Below, piece by piece: positions 10,832-21,292 of a stretch of 64,000 nucleotides of DNA (positions are counted from its first letter, which is position 1; each line of letters opens with the position of its first letter). This DNA comes from Candidatus Eiseniibacteriota bacterium. Its GTDB lineage: Bacteria; Eisenbacteria; RBG-16-71-46; CAZAMP01. Where the stretch lies: positions 96,001-160,000 of the forward strand of contig OZ245046.1 of assembly GCA_965224245.1 (NCBI GenBank), read 5' to 3'. The translations under genes were made by a program, and so were the position numbers. The notes below the pieces were generated by a model, which worked only from the letters and a program-made list of their open reading frames with translations, ran no database searches and had not been told where the DNA came from.

Positions 10832-11118
10832 GGATCGAGCTCTGGACGGCGTCCACTACATCCCGGGCCGGACACGGATCGTCGCCTCCAGCGCTGGCCC
10901 GTCGGGCAGCAGCCCCGATGACGACTCGAGCACGTCTTCCTCGAGACGAGTTGCAGTTTCCTGCCTCGGATTTCGAACTGTCTTACGGACGGGATGGCGG
11001 GACGCCGCGTCGGCGCCCCATCCCGGCCACGGCATTGAGTCATCCGGTCTCCCGGCCGAGCCACTCTCACCGGGAACCGGCGCTCGAACAGTGGAACTCC
11101 GACGGAAAGGAACCCGAA

Positions 11119-11757
11119 GTGACCCTCCGACTGGGCGATACCGCCCCCAACTTCACACAGGACTCGACCGAGGGACCGATCGACTTCTACGACTACGTCG
11201 GCGATTCGTGGGCGGTCCTGTTCTCCCACCCCGCCGACTTCACACCGGTGTGCACCACCGAGCTCGGGGCGGTGGCCCGCCTCGAAACCGAGTTCGAGCG
11301 ACGCAACGTCAAGGTGCTCGCCCTGTCGGTCGACCCCGTCCAGTCTCACCACGAGTGGATTCGTGACATCAACGAGACCCAGAGTACGACCGTCAACTAC
11401 CCGATCCTCGCGGACGCCGATCGCAAGGTCAGCGACCTCTACGGCATGATCCATCCCGGTGAGGACAGCACGCAGACGGTGCGGTCGGTGTTCGTGATCG
11501 GACCCGACAAGAAGGTCAAGCTCACGCTCACCTATCCGGCCTCGACGGGGCGGAGCTTCGACGAGATACTCCGGGTGATCGACTCTCTCCAGCTGACCGC
11601 CTACCACGGCGTGGCGACACCCGTGAACTGGACGCACGGAGAGGACGTCGTCATCTTGCCCGCGATCCAGGACCCCGAGGAGCTGGCGACGCGCTTCCCC
11701 AGGGGATGGAAGTCGGTGCGACCGTACCTTCGCATCACTCCCCAGCCGGTAGCATAG
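11119..11757 (+). CDS. 1-Cys peroxiredoxin (Prx6 family)
   Basis: GTG start after AAAGGA; FSHPADFTPVCTTELG, YPASTGRSFDEILRVIDSLQL, ATPVNW. Confidence 0.95.
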   Translation: MTLRLGDTAPNFTQDSTEGPIDFYDYVGDSWAVLFSHPADFTPVCTTELGAVARLETEFERRNVKVLALSVDPVQSHHEWIRDINETQSTTVNYPILADADRKVSDLYGMIHPGEDSTQTVRSVFVIGPDKKVKLTLTYPASTGRSFDEILRVIDSLQLTAYHGVATPVNWTHGEDVVILPAIQDPEELATRFPRGWKSVRPYLRITPQPVA

Positions 11758-11772
11758 TGGACGCACTGGATG

Positions 11773-11801
11773 GCGGAGCCGCTCGAGCGGAGCGGCTCCG
11801 C
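11773..11801 (+). terminator. GC-rich hairpin after peroxiredoxin
   Basis: 12-bp stem GCGGAGCCGCTC/GAGCGGCTCCGC with a 5-nt loop, just after the stop; no clear U-tract. Confidence 0.5.
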
Positions 11802-12326
11802 AGGACGCCTTCTGACCGAACTAAATCCGTCCTCGGCTGGAGTCGCACGTCGTCCGAGCCGGTGACGAGGCCGAGCGCGAGACAGCCTGGTCGATATCCT
11901 GCTGTCCACCTCGTCCGTGTGCACCAGGCGCTTCTCGATGGTTCAGTGGTCGGGACAGGGAGCGCTTCGCGAGGCCCGCTCGGTCCGAGGCGATGGAGAT
12001 CCCCTCGACGTCCTTCATGTTGTGATGACTGACGGGCGCGTGGTCGAGGGCGAAGTCGTGCAGAACGTATGCACCGATCGCGATCGGCAGGAGCGCAGTG
12101 GGGACTCCAGGCCGCATCACAACACCTCATCACGAGCTTCGCGATGCTCGGAACCTCGTAGCATCTGAAGACCCGATCGGCGTCGTGCTCTCGGAGTCGA
12201 ACGTGCCGTGAGATCGTGGCGTGCGGCCCATGATACACTCGCCCCGTGAGTGAGTTGCCCATCTCCGGCTCCTTCTGGCGCTTCAGGTCGATGAGGGTTT
12301 CGTTCTCTCGAGGAAGACATCGAGCA

Positions 12327-15300
12327 ATGCGCCGACCACCGCACGACGAGAACTCGGTCGAGAACGCCGAAGCCGAGAGCGTGTTGGGCCCCGGTCACTC
12401 GACGATGACGCGTCGTCTCGAACCGCGACAGCTGCTCTCCGGCCGGTTCCGCATCGAGGCATTCGTCGCCGGTGGAGGAATGGGGCAGGTCTATCGCGCT
12501 CACGACCTGGAGCTCGACGTCCCGGTGGCGCTGAAGACCATCCACCCGGAGATAGCGTCCGAACCGGCGTCCCTGCGCCGGTTCAAGCGTGAGGTCCTTC
12601 TGGCACGCTCGGTCACTCATGCGAACGTGTGCCGGATCTACGATCTCTGGCACGACGATGTCACCCAGGCCACGTTTCTCACCATGGAGTTTCTCTCCGG
12701 GCAGACGGTCGGCGAACGGATTCGGGCGCGGGGCCCGTTCTCGCCCGAGGACGCGCTTCCGCTGGTTCACCAGATGTGCATCGCGCTCGATGCCGCCCAT
12801 CGGGCGGGAGTCGTCCACCGCGACTTCAAGAGCTCCAACGTGATTCTGGTGCCCGACGGCGGGGGATACCGGGCTGTGATCACGGACTTCGGCGTGGCGA
12901 TCTCCGTCGAGCCTCACGTGGCCGCAAGGCGATCGACGATGGGCGGGGAGGCCCGTATCAGGAACATCGACGCCGGCGACGTCACCGAGCGACTGAACGC
13001 TACGCAGGCGTCGAGCCCGGGTATCGTGGGCACGCCCGCGTACATGTCTCCCGAGCAGGTCGTTGGCGGTCCTACGGGCCCACAGAGCGATCTCTACGCG
13101 CTGGGTGTCGTGATCTTCGAGATGCGAACCGGTCGGTTGCCATTTCGCGGTGCTTCACCGATCGAGACCGCACTGGCTCGTCTGCGATCCGATCCGCCGA
13201 GCCCGAGTACGTTCGCGGACGTCGACGAGGTCTGGGAACGCGTCATCCTTCGCCTCCTCTCGAGAGATCCGGGCGATCGGTTCCCGACCGCCCGCGAGGT
13301 CGTCTCGGCGCTCGAGCGCGAGGACTGTCCCCATCATGAGATCCGACACTCGCTTCCGGCCGAGCGAGATACGTTCCTCGGAAGAGAAGAGGAGCTCGCC
13401 GATCTCGGCTCACGCCTGGAGGGACCCGAAACGGGCCGCCTCGTCACCCTCCAGGGCGCCGGCGGCACAGGCAAGACCCGCCTCGCGCAACGGTACGGAT
13501 GGGAGAGCCTCGTGCGCTGGCCCGGAGGCGTGTGGTTTTGTGATCTCTCCGAGGCCCGAAGTCCGGACGGCATCGCGCGCACGGTCGCCGAGGTGCTCGA
13601 CGTACCATCGATGTCCGGGGACACGGTGACCCGGATCGGGCACGTGATCGCCGCCCGGCAGAGGTGTCTGTTCGTCCTCGACAACCTCGAGCAGGCCATC
13701 GATCACGTCGAGTCCACACTGGGGTGCTGGCTCGCGGGCACGCACGATGCCCGTTTCCTCGTCACGAGTCGCGAGCGTCTGCGGCTCGAGGGGGAAGTGG
13801 TGATGGCCCTGGAGCCCCTCGATCCGGCTAGCGAGGGGCTGAAGCTGTTCGAGCTCCGCGCGCAGGCCCAGCGACCGGGCTTCGTCATCGACGAGTCCAC
13901 CCGCGCGCAGGTCGAGAGGATCGTAAGAAGGCTGGACGGGCTGCCGCTGGCGATCGAGCTGGCGGCCTCTCGCCTGCGGATGATGACGCTTGCCCAGCTC
14001 GAGCGACGTCTCGACGACCGCTTCCGGGTTCTGGTGGGTGGGAACAGGGGGCGTCACATGACCCTCGTCGCGACGCTGGACTGGTCCTGGGAGCTGCTCG
14101 AGCATTACGAGCAGTCGACCCTCGCACAGGCGTCCGTCTTCGACGGAGGGTTCACGCTGGAGGCGGCCGAAGCCGTGATCGACGGTCCCGGAGACGACCC
14201 GAGCGGATCGGTGCTCGACGTTCTCCAGTCCCTCATCGACAAGAGCTGGCTACGAGTTCGGGTCGAGGGAGTGGTTCCCCGGTTCGAGGTGAGCTCGACC
14301 GTGCAGGAGTACGCCGCGTCCAAGCTGGCCACGATCAGCCAGGCCTCCCCGGCCCGGCCGTCCCGCGACGCCGCCGAGGCGGCGCACGGCATGTACTTTG
14401 CGGCACTCGGCTCCCGGGAGTCGATAGAGCGGCTCGATCTCGTCGATGAGGAGGATCACCGGAGGTCCTTTCGCGCGGAGCTCGACAACTTCGTCGTCGC
14501 CTGCCGGCGCGCCGCGCGGCGGGGGGAAGAGGACGTGGCGGTCAGTGCGTATGCCGCCACGATGGCGGCGCTCCAGGTTCGAGTCGGGCGGGTGGGGGTG
14601 GTGTCACTCGGCCAGAGAGTCATTGAGATCGTCCGGAATCCGGAGAATCGGAGCCGGGTCGACGTAGTTCTCGCGATGGCGAAGCGCATCGCGGGCGATA
14701 CGAAGGGAGCGCGGTCACACCTGGAGACGGCCCTGGCCGAGGTGCACGGGAGAGGCGACCGACGCCGTGAGGGACACGTCCTCGCGTCACTGGGCAGGGT
14801 CGAGCTCGAGCTGGGAGAGACATCCCGCGCCTACCGGAGCTTCAGTGATGCCCTCGACGTCGCCCGATCGGCCGGGTGCCCGATCGTCGAGGGAGTGGCG
14901 CTCCGCGGTCTCGGGAACATCGACCGAGCGAAAGGGCAGCTGCCGGAAGCACGCCGCAAGCACGAGGACGCCCTGGCGATCTTCAGGAGGGTCGGAGCCC
15001 TTCGTGAAGAGGGTTTCACGCTGGTCGCTCTGGGCAACCTCGCGCGCGTGGAGGGCAACTACGAGGAGGCCAGGGGGTGCTTGTGGCGCGCCCTCGAGAT
15101 CCACCGGCGATTCGGGGACCCGCGTGCGCGGTCCATGGTGCTGTCCGCCCTGGGCATCGTGTCCAGTCTTCAGGGTCAGCTCGATGATGCGCGGAATCGG
15201 TTCGAAGCTGCGATGGCCATCGCTCGTGACACCGGCGATCGCATCGACGAGGCCGTCGCGATGAACAACCTCGGCAACATCGCGGAGATGCAGGGACGAA

Positions 15301-15908
15301 TCGAGGATGCACGAGACCTCTTCCAGCGGGCGCTTCACATTTACCGTGAATCCGGCGAGCGGAGTCGCGTGGCGATTGCGCTGCTGAATCTGAGCAGCAC
15401 CCATCGCAGGCTGGGACGACTCGAGCCCGCTCGGGAATGCGTCCAGGACGCGCTGCTCATGTTTCGGGAGCTCGGCGAGCGGCTTCGTGAGGGCGTCGCC
15501 CTGAGCAGTCTCGCCGAGATCGATCGTGAAGACGGCCGGCTCGAGCAGGCGATCACCGGGTTCGAGGCGGCACTGGCGATTCACCGCCTCACCGGAAACA
15601 GACGCCTCGAAGGAATGGTGCTCCGCGATCTCGGAGACATCCACGCCGAACGCGGGAGCCTCGACGTCGGTCTCCGGTGCGTCGAGGAGGGGGTGTCGAT
15701 CCTGCGGGATGTCGAGGCGATCTCGGAGCTGGCAGCAGCGGTCGCCGTGATGGGGCGTGTCCAGCTTCGACGGGGCGAGCTCGACGGGGCCAGGGCGAGC
15801 CTCGAAGAGGCAGAGCACATGGTGAGAATGCAGGGAATCGAGACGTCATCCGATCTGCGGCTCGGAATCGAAGCACTCCGCGAGGCACTCGATGATCCCG
15901 CCCCGTGA
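12327..15908 (+). CDS. Ser/Thr kinase - P-loop ATPase (STAND/NB-ARC-like) - TPR protein
   Basis: GGGMGQVY, HRDFKSSN, DFG, GTPAYMSPEQ; Walker A GAGGTGKT, Walker B LFVLDNLE, GLPLAIELAA; C-terminal TPR array. ORF open from 12246, start uncertain. Confidence 0.92.
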   Translation: MRRPPHDENSVENAEAESVLGPGHSTMTRRLEPRQLLSGRFRIEAFVAGGGMGQVYRAHDLELDVPVALKTIHPEIASEPASLRRFKREVLLARSVTHANVCRIYDLWHDDVTQATFLTMEFLSGQTVGERIRARGPFSPEDALPLVHQMCIALDAAHRAGVVHRDFKSSNVILVPDGGGYRAVITDFGVAISVEPHVAARRSTMGGEARIRNIDAGDVTERLNATQASSPGIVGTPAYMSPEQVVGGPTGPQSDLYALGVVIFEMRTGRLPFRGASPIETALARLRSDPPSPSTFADVDEVWERVILRLLSRDPGDRFPTAREVVSALEREDCPHHEIRHSLPAERDTFLGREEELADLGSRLEGPETGRLVTLQGAGGTGKTRLAQRYGWESLVRWPGGVWFCDLSEARSPDGIARTVAEVLDVPSMSGDTVTRIGHVIAARQRCLFVLDNLEQAIDHVESTLGCWLAGTHDARFLVTSRERLRLEGEVVMALEPLDPASEGLKLFELRAQAQRPGFVIDESTRAQVERIVRRLDGLPLAIELAASRLRMMTLAQLERRLDDRFRVLVGGNRGRHMTLVATLDWSWELLEHYEQSTLAQASVFDGGFTLEAAEAVIDGPGDDPSGSVLDVLQSLIDKSWLRVRVEGVVPRFEVSSTVQEYAASKLATISQASPARPSRDAAEAAHGMYFAALGSRESIERLDLVDEEDHRRSFRAELDNFVVACRRAARRGEEDVAVSAYAATMAALQVRVGRVGVVSLGQRVIEIVRNPENRSRVDVVLAMAKRIAGDTKGARSHLETALAEVHGRGDRRREGHVLASLGRVELELGETSRAYRSFSDALDVARSAGCPIVEGVALRGLGNIDRAKGQLPEARRKHEDALAIFRRVGALREEGFTLVALGNLARVEGNYEEARGCLWRALEIHRRFGDPRARSMVLSALGIVSSLQGQLDDARNRFEAAMAIARDTGDRIDEAVAMNNLGNIAEMQGRIEDARDLFQRALHIYRESGERSRVAIALLNLSSTHRRLGRLEPARECVQDALLMFRELGERLREGVALSSLAEIDREDGRLEQAITGFEAALAIHRLTGNRRLEGMVLRDLGDIHAERGSLDVGLRCVEEGVSILRDVEAISELAAAVAVMGRVQLRRGELDGARASLEEAEHMVRMQGIETSSDLRLGIEALREALDDPAP

Positions 15909-15999
15909 GTGCCGTGGCGGTAAACGCAGGGTCGAGACGCTCGACCTCTCGCCGCGGCTGATCGCCCTCGATCTGCTTCGCGAGAGGGTCGTGTGCGTT

Positions 16000-16554
16000 T
16001 CAGAACATGACGCGGAGCGCTTCCGGCAGGTGCGAGACATCGTTGATCGACGACACACGCGCACCGTCCCGCCTCGAGACGCGCAGCAACGAGACCGAGC
16101 AGAGCAACGTGTCGATCCGAAACCACGTCGCCGGATGAACGTCGAGCGTTCGCATGATCAAGTATCGGATGATGTTGCCGTGACACACGACGACCTCGTG
16201 GCGGTCCCGGCCTCGGCAAGGACGCACGAGTCGCTCGTACGCGCGATCCATGCGAGCGCGATCGACGCGATGTCGCTTCCGGTGCGGCAGCTCCTTCATT
16301 CCCGGCAGGCCCTCGCGAAGTGACCTCGAGCTCCGCACGTCGACGCCGCGCAGCTCTTTCCGAAGGATGTCGGCGGTCTCCACCGCGCGCGCGAGGTCGC
16401 TGTGGTGGATGACATCGATCGGGAGGCGACGAAGTCGTCTCGAGAGGTGCCGCGCTTGACGACGACCGGTGGTCGTCAGGTGACCGCGGGTTCGGCTGCC
16501 CGGAGTCATGTCGTACTGACCGTGGCGCACGAGATAGATCCAGCGATACCTCAT
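16000..16554 (-). CDS. Histidine phosphatase family protein, PGAM5-like
   Basis: YLVRHGQY, SDLARAVETA, LREGLP, VVCHGNIIRY. Confidence 0.9.
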   Translation of the reverse strand: MRYRWIYLVRHGQYDMTPGSRTRGHLTTTGRRQARHLSRRLRRLPIDVIHHSDLARAVETADILRKELRGVDVRSSRSLREGLPGMKELPHRKRHRVDRARMDRAYERLVRPCRGRDRHEVVVCHGNIIRYLIMRTLDVHPATWFRIDTLLCSVSLLRVSRRDGARVSSINDVSHLPEALRVMF

Positions 16555-16811
16555 GCGTGATCACTCCCGAAGGGTGAGAAGGATCGGTCGACGCGCAGCG
16601 TCCAGCCCGTGGTGGCCAAAGACTTGCTCACGTTGCCAGAGAGTAGCCTACTCCCGCTCGGGACGAGGCAGGCACGAGCCGTCCCCGACTGGCCAGGGAC
16701 TAATCGACTTCACTGAAATGAGTTAGGCGCCTCATCGACGGTCGTTCCCATCGACACCCTCGAGATCGCGAGAGTCCGGGGATCCCGTCTCGTCGGGAGC
16801 GCGACTCGCAT

Positions 16812-17107
16812 CTCGCGGGCTCGGCGCCCGCGCACGGTGAGCGGGAGTACGACATGCTCGTCGAGTTCCTTGCCGACTCGATGCTGAACGGAGGCATGCA
16901 CTGGTCAGTGTTCTCGACGAGACGGCGTCCGTGATCGGGGAGACGGTGCAGCCCACATTGCCCGTGTCGGGCCATCCCTGGTACCACGTGACCGCGCGGG
17001 ACTTCGCCGGCAACGAGGGGGAGGCGTCCAGCATCGAGGACCAGCTGGGAATCCCTGGAGCGCCACTGCCCGCGACGTACGCGCTCCGCCCGATCGCGAC
17101 ATCCTAG
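16812..17107 (+). pseudogene. Internally deleted/frameshifted remnant of a secreted protein C-terminal region
   Basis: One frame reads APAHGEREYDMLVEFLADSMLNGGMHWSVF. A second reads VLDETASVIGETVQPTLPVSGHPWYHVTARDFAGNEGEASSIEDQLGIPGAPLPATYALRP and stops where a PNPF CTD would be expected. Confidence 0.55.
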
Positions 17108-20100
17108 TCCCAGATTCGAACGGTGCCGTCGCGCGATGCGGTGACCAGTGCGCCCGTCGACCGATCCTCGACCATGTCGAGGATCCCGCCGAAGTGCCCG
17201 CTCAGCCGGACGAGCTCCGTGTAGCTGCTCGTCTCGTAGATCCGGACCACTTCGTCCACGCCGCCCACGGCGATCCGCGTCCCGGCCGCGAGGTAGGTCG
17301 CGGCGTTCATCGCCGCGGAGTGTGCCATCAGGACGGCGATCGACGTGCCGTCGGTGGCGTCCCAGATGCGTGCACTCCCGTCCGCCGACGTGGTGACGAG
17401 CTCCCGACCCGACGGAGCGAAGACGATGCTCGTCACGGAGTCCTCGTGTGCCGCCAGCGTGGTGATCGGCTGCATCGTGTCGGCATCCCGAAGGATGACG
17501 CGGCCGTCGTCGTCGCCCACGGCGAGACGGCGTCCGTCGGGCGAGAAGGCGATCGCACCGACGCCATCGGACCGAACCTCGGCGAGAAGATCACCCTTCA
17601 CGCTCACGACGCGCAGCCCTCCGTCCGCGCACGCGAGCGCCATGCGATCGTCGGCGGGATCGGCCGCCAGCACGCGAACGACCTCGGTCTCGAGTATCGC
17701 CTCGAGCGCCTCGTCGGGCATGAGAACGACGGCGACGTCACCGTCGTCGAGGGGAAGAAGCAGGCGGCTCCCGTCGCCAGTGACGGCGAGACCGTGAGCC
17801 AGGGGAGACTCCAGCGGCGCGTGGCGGACGCGTGTGTGACGATCGAACACCTCGAGCTCTCCCGAAACGACGGCCACCCAGCGACCCATCGGGTCGACCG
17901 CCACCGCCTCGGCGATCGGAATGCTCATTCCCGAGGTGGCCAGATGGAGCGTTGGAACGTCCGCGGCATCTCGATCGAAGACGAGCAGCGTGCCGTCCCA
18001 GGCTCCGGCTGCGACGTGTCGTCCGTCCGGCGAGAACGCGACCGCGAACACATCCGATTGATGACCCCGCAGTCGTGCGAGCAGGTTGCCTGTCGCCGAG
18101 TCCCAGCGGAGAACCCGACGATCCGCGCCGGAGCTGACGAGATCCGTTCCGAGAGGATCGAACGCGAGCCCCGTGACCGTGGCATCGTGACGACCGAAGA
18201 CGACGGGGGGAGCATCGTCACCGAGTCGCCACACGCGTGCTGTTTGATCCATCGACCCACTCGCCAGGAGATCGCCCGAACCGGAGCTGGCGAGACTGAT
18301 CACGCGGCGAGTGTGTCCTTCCAGCGCTCGCTGGGGCTCGAACGTGTCGGGATCGACGATCCACAGTCCCCTGCTGGTGCCGACGGCGAGTCGCTCGCCG
18401 GAGCCGAGATAGAGCGGGAGCGCGAAGTAGCCGTCGAGACTCGCCCGGCCAAGCACCCGACCCTCCGGGATCGAGAGCGTGGCCAGGTCTCCACGGTATA
18501 GCCCGGCGACCAGGCTCTTGCCGGAGGGATGGAAGCAGACGCGCGCCCAGCCGTCGCCCCGATACAGCTCGACCGGGTCGTTCGCGGATGGAGTCGTCGC
18601 ATCCGTCAGGAGGACACGACCGTCGTTGAGACCCGCCGCCAGCCACGTGCCGTCGGGCGACAGGTCGATGGACTCGACGGCCGCGCCCAGCGGGCCGATC
18701 TCGGTCAGAGGGCGGCCCTCGTCGCGAGTGTGGCTCACGATCCGCCCGTCGATGCCACAGGACCATACGACCGTCCCGTCCGGCGTGAAGGCGATGTCCG
18801 TCACGCCCCCCTCGTGCGCCGGGAATGAGCGCTCGCTCCGGTCCAGGCGTCCGGCCAGATGGTTCCACTCCCATCCTCTCAGAGCGGCAGGTGCACGCTC
18901 GAGCTGCCTCCGTGCCTCGTCGATCTGATCGGCGCGGAGCGAGGACTCCGCGGCAGAGAGGCTGGCTGCATAGGCGATCCGTTCGGCCTCCCGTCTCGCC
19001 ACGGTTGCCCGATGCGACTGGATCGTCGTGGCGACGAGCCCGATCACGAGCGCCAGCAGGACAGCCAGCGCGCCCGCCACGATCGGACGGTTCCGTCTCA
19101 GCAGCGTGCTGACCCGGTAGCCCAGCGTGTCCGGTCGAGCCTGGATCGTGTGTCCGTCCAGGTGCCGCCGGATGTCGCTCGCGAGCTGCTCGACGCCGAC
19201 GTACCGCCGCTCGGGATCCTTGTGCAGGGCGCACGCGACGACGTTGTCGAGGTCCCCGCGGAGCGCCCGCCGGAGCGCGTCCACCCCGGTGGATCGGGCG
19301 GCGGCGATGGACGAACGCGTTCCCACCTCTGCCGCCACCACGGCGTCCGACATGGCGGGCGGCTCGGATTCCGTGACCACGCGCTCGATCTCGGCCGCGC
19401 TCCCGCCCTCGAACACGTACGGCCGGGCGCCCGCGAGCAGCTCGTAGAGGACCACGCCGAGGGCGTAGACATCCGTCGCGATGGTGATGATCTCTCCCCG
19501 GACCTGTTCGGGGCTGGCGAACTCCGGGGTGAGCAATCGCTCCATGGACATCGTACGCACGAGCACGGGCTGGTCGACGTCGAGGAGCTTGGCGATGCCG
19601 AAGTCGAGGAGCTTCACGGTACCGTCGCCCGTCACGAGGATGTTGCTCGGCTTCAGATCCCGGTGAATCACGAGCCTGGAGTGGGCGTGCTGCACGGCCG
19701 CACACACCGACAGGAAGAGTCGCAGCCGCGCGCGGATGTCCAGGTGTTCTGCGTCGCAGTACACATCGATGGGCCGGCCGTCGACGTACTCCATGACGAG
19801 ATACGGAAGCCCGTCCCCGGTCTCTCCACCGTCCAGGAGCTGGGCGATGTTGGGGTGAGTGAGTGACGCGAGGATCTGGCGCTCGCTCCGGAATCGAGCG
19901 ATGCGGCTCGAGTCCACGAAGCCGCCGCGAACGACCTTGATGGCCACCCGGTGCTCGTACAGTCGATCCGCGCGGCGGGCACGATAGACCGTGCCCATGC
20001 CTCCTCGACCCAGCTCCGTCTCGATCTCGTAGGGACCCAGCCGGTGCGGCGTCGGGGCGTCGAGCGCCGTATCGAGGCCGGCCCGGGCCTCCTCCGCGAT

Positions 20101-20280
20101 GACGCGCCCGATGAACGAGTGCGCGTCCGGATGGGACGCGAGCAGGGACTCGACCTCAGATCGGATCCGGGGGTCCTCGGAACTCGCGTCGAGGAATGCC
20201 TGGCGTCGTGACGGAGGCAGCTCCAGGGCGTCATGAAAGAGGCGCTCGACACGCTCCCACGACGCGGAATCGAACGTCAT
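17104..20280 (-). CDS. Ser/Thr protein kinase with TM helix and WD40 repeats
   Basis: ATG 20280 overlaps the sigma stop (ATGA); GRGGMGTVY, HRDLKPSN, DFG, TPEFASPEQ; TM IVAGALAVLLALVIGLVA; WD40 repeats up to DGTVRIWD. Confidence 0.93.
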   Translation of the reverse strand: MTFDSASWERVERLFHDALELPPSRRQAFLDASSEDPRIRSEVESLLASHPDAHSFIGRVIAEEARAGLDTALDAPTPHRLGPYEIETELGRGGMGTVYRARRADRLYEHRVAIKVVRGGFVDSSRIARFRSERQILASLTHPNIAQLLDGGETGDGLPYLVMEYVDGRPIDVYCDAEHLDIRARLRLFLSVCAAVQHAHSRLVIHRDLKPSNILVTGDGTVKLLDFGIAKLLDVDQPVLVRTMSMERLLTPEFASPEQVRGEIITIATDVYALGVVLYELLAGARPYVFEGGSAAEIERVVTESEPPAMSDAVVAAEVGTRSSIAAARSTGVDALRRALRGDLDNVVACALHKDPERRYVGVEQLASDIRRHLDGHTIQARPDTLGYRVSTLLRRNRPIVAGALAVLLALVIGLVATTIQSHRATVARREAERIAYAASLSAAESSLRADQIDEARRQLERAPAALRGWEWNHLAGRLDRSERSFPAHEGGVTDIAFTPDGTVVWSCGIDGRIVSHTRDEGRPLTEIGPLGAAVESIDLSPDGTWLAAGLNDGRVLLTDATTPSANDPVELYRGDGWARVCFHPSGKSLVAGLYRGDLATLSIPEGRVLGRASLDGYFALPLYLGSGERLAVGTSRGLWIVDPDTFEPQRALEGHTRRVISLASSGSGDLLASGSMDQTARVWRLGDDAPPVVFGRHDATVTGLAFDPLGTDLVSSGADRRVLRWDSATGNLLARLRGHQSDVFAVAFSPDGRHVAAGAWDGTLLVFDRDAADVPTLHLATSGMSIPIAEAVAVDPMGRWVAVVSGELEVFDRHTRVRHAPLESPLAHGLAVTGDGSRLLLPLDDGDVAVVLMPDEALEAILETEVVRVLAADPADDRMALACADGGLRVVSVKGDLLAEVRSDGVGAIAFSPDGRRLAVGDDDGRVILRDADTMQPITTLAAHEDSVTSIVFAPSGRELVTTSADGSARIWDATDGTSIAVLMAHSAAMNAATYLAAGTRIAVGGVDEVVRIYETSSYTELVRLSGHFGGILDMVEDRSTGALVTASRDGTVRIWD

Positions 20281-20846
20281 GAGGCGGGTCCGAGCTCCCG
20301 ATGGAGCCATGCGCGGGCCATCTGAAGATCGCGCTGCACCGTCGCCTCGGACACCCCGAGTACGGTCGCGAGATCCGGGTCCGTGAGGCCACCGAAATAG
20401 CGAAGCTCGACCGCCTTTGCCTTGCGCTCGTCCTGCTGGCTCAGGCGATCGAGCGCCTGGTCGAGCGCCAGAACGTCCACGTCGGGTCCTTCGATACGGA
20501 GGGCTTCCTCGTGAAGAGGGACGCGCTTCCAGCCACCGCCTCGCTTCTGGCGTCGTCGAGCGCGGGCATGGTCGACCAGGATCCGGCGCATGGTGCTGGA
20601 CGCGATCGCCAGGAAGTGGGCCCGATCGTTGAAAGAGACACCGGAGCCGACAAGACGCGCGAACGCCTCGTGCACGAGCGCGGTGGGCTGGAGGGTGTGG
20701 CTCTCGCGCTCGCCGCTCATGCTGCGCCGAGCGAGAACACGGAGCTCGTCGTAGACGCGGGGGATCAGATGATCGAGCGCGTCCGGGTCGCCGGCTTGCC
20801 AGGCGCGAAGGAGATGTCCCGTTTCTGTCGGCTCGCTCGGTGACAT
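20277..20846 (-). CDS. ECF RNA polymerase sigma factor, TIGR02999-like
   Basis: VYDELRVLA, HTLQPTALVHEAFARL, MRRILVDHAR...KRGG, VELRYFGGLT, ARAWL. Confidence 0.93.
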   Translation of the reverse strand: MSPSEPTETGHLLRAWQAGDPDALDHLIPRVYDELRVLARRSMSGERESHTLQPTALVHEAFARLVGSGVSFNDRAHFLAIASSTMRRILVDHARARRRQKRGGGWKRVPLHEEALRIEGPDVDVLALDQALDRLSQQDERKAKAVELRYFGGLTDPDLATVLGVSEATVQRDLQMARAWLHRELGPAS

Positions 20847-21292
20847 GGCCAGCCCGCGTCCTCTCGCTGCGCGACCGTCGGCTGCGTCCGACCGGCTCTG
20901 CCACCGGGACTGCCGGAGAGCCCGTAACTCTTCAGATTGTCAGTGATTTGCGGGTTTCCGGTCAAGCGGCCACCCGGGCCGGCGTCGCGACACCCCCGGT
21001 TGCATCCGTCACGTTCGCGCCCAATCCGGCGATGAGCCGCGAGAGGCGCATCTACCTTCGGCTCGACCGGGCGGTGAAAGCGTGGTGTCGGAAGAGTCGG
21101 TCGGTGCCCTGATCCACGAGCTCGCTGGCAGAGAGACGCGGCCGGGTTCCGGTTGACGGTGCTGCAAACACGCGGGAGGATGCGGCCGAATCGAAGCTCG
21201 GATCGATCGCGTGCTCGCCGGCGTTTGTGAGCACTGCGGCCGATCCGGGATGAGTCAGCGCTCGGTGCCAACCCCGATCCAGGAGCCCCGAC

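Noticed and set aside
20281-20904. N-terminal extensions of kinase, peroxiredoxin and sigma ORFs in the track (also 10507, 33088, 33927)
   Set aside because: Low-complexity R/P-rich extensions overlapping neighbouring genes; downstream starts have an RBS or ATGA coupling.
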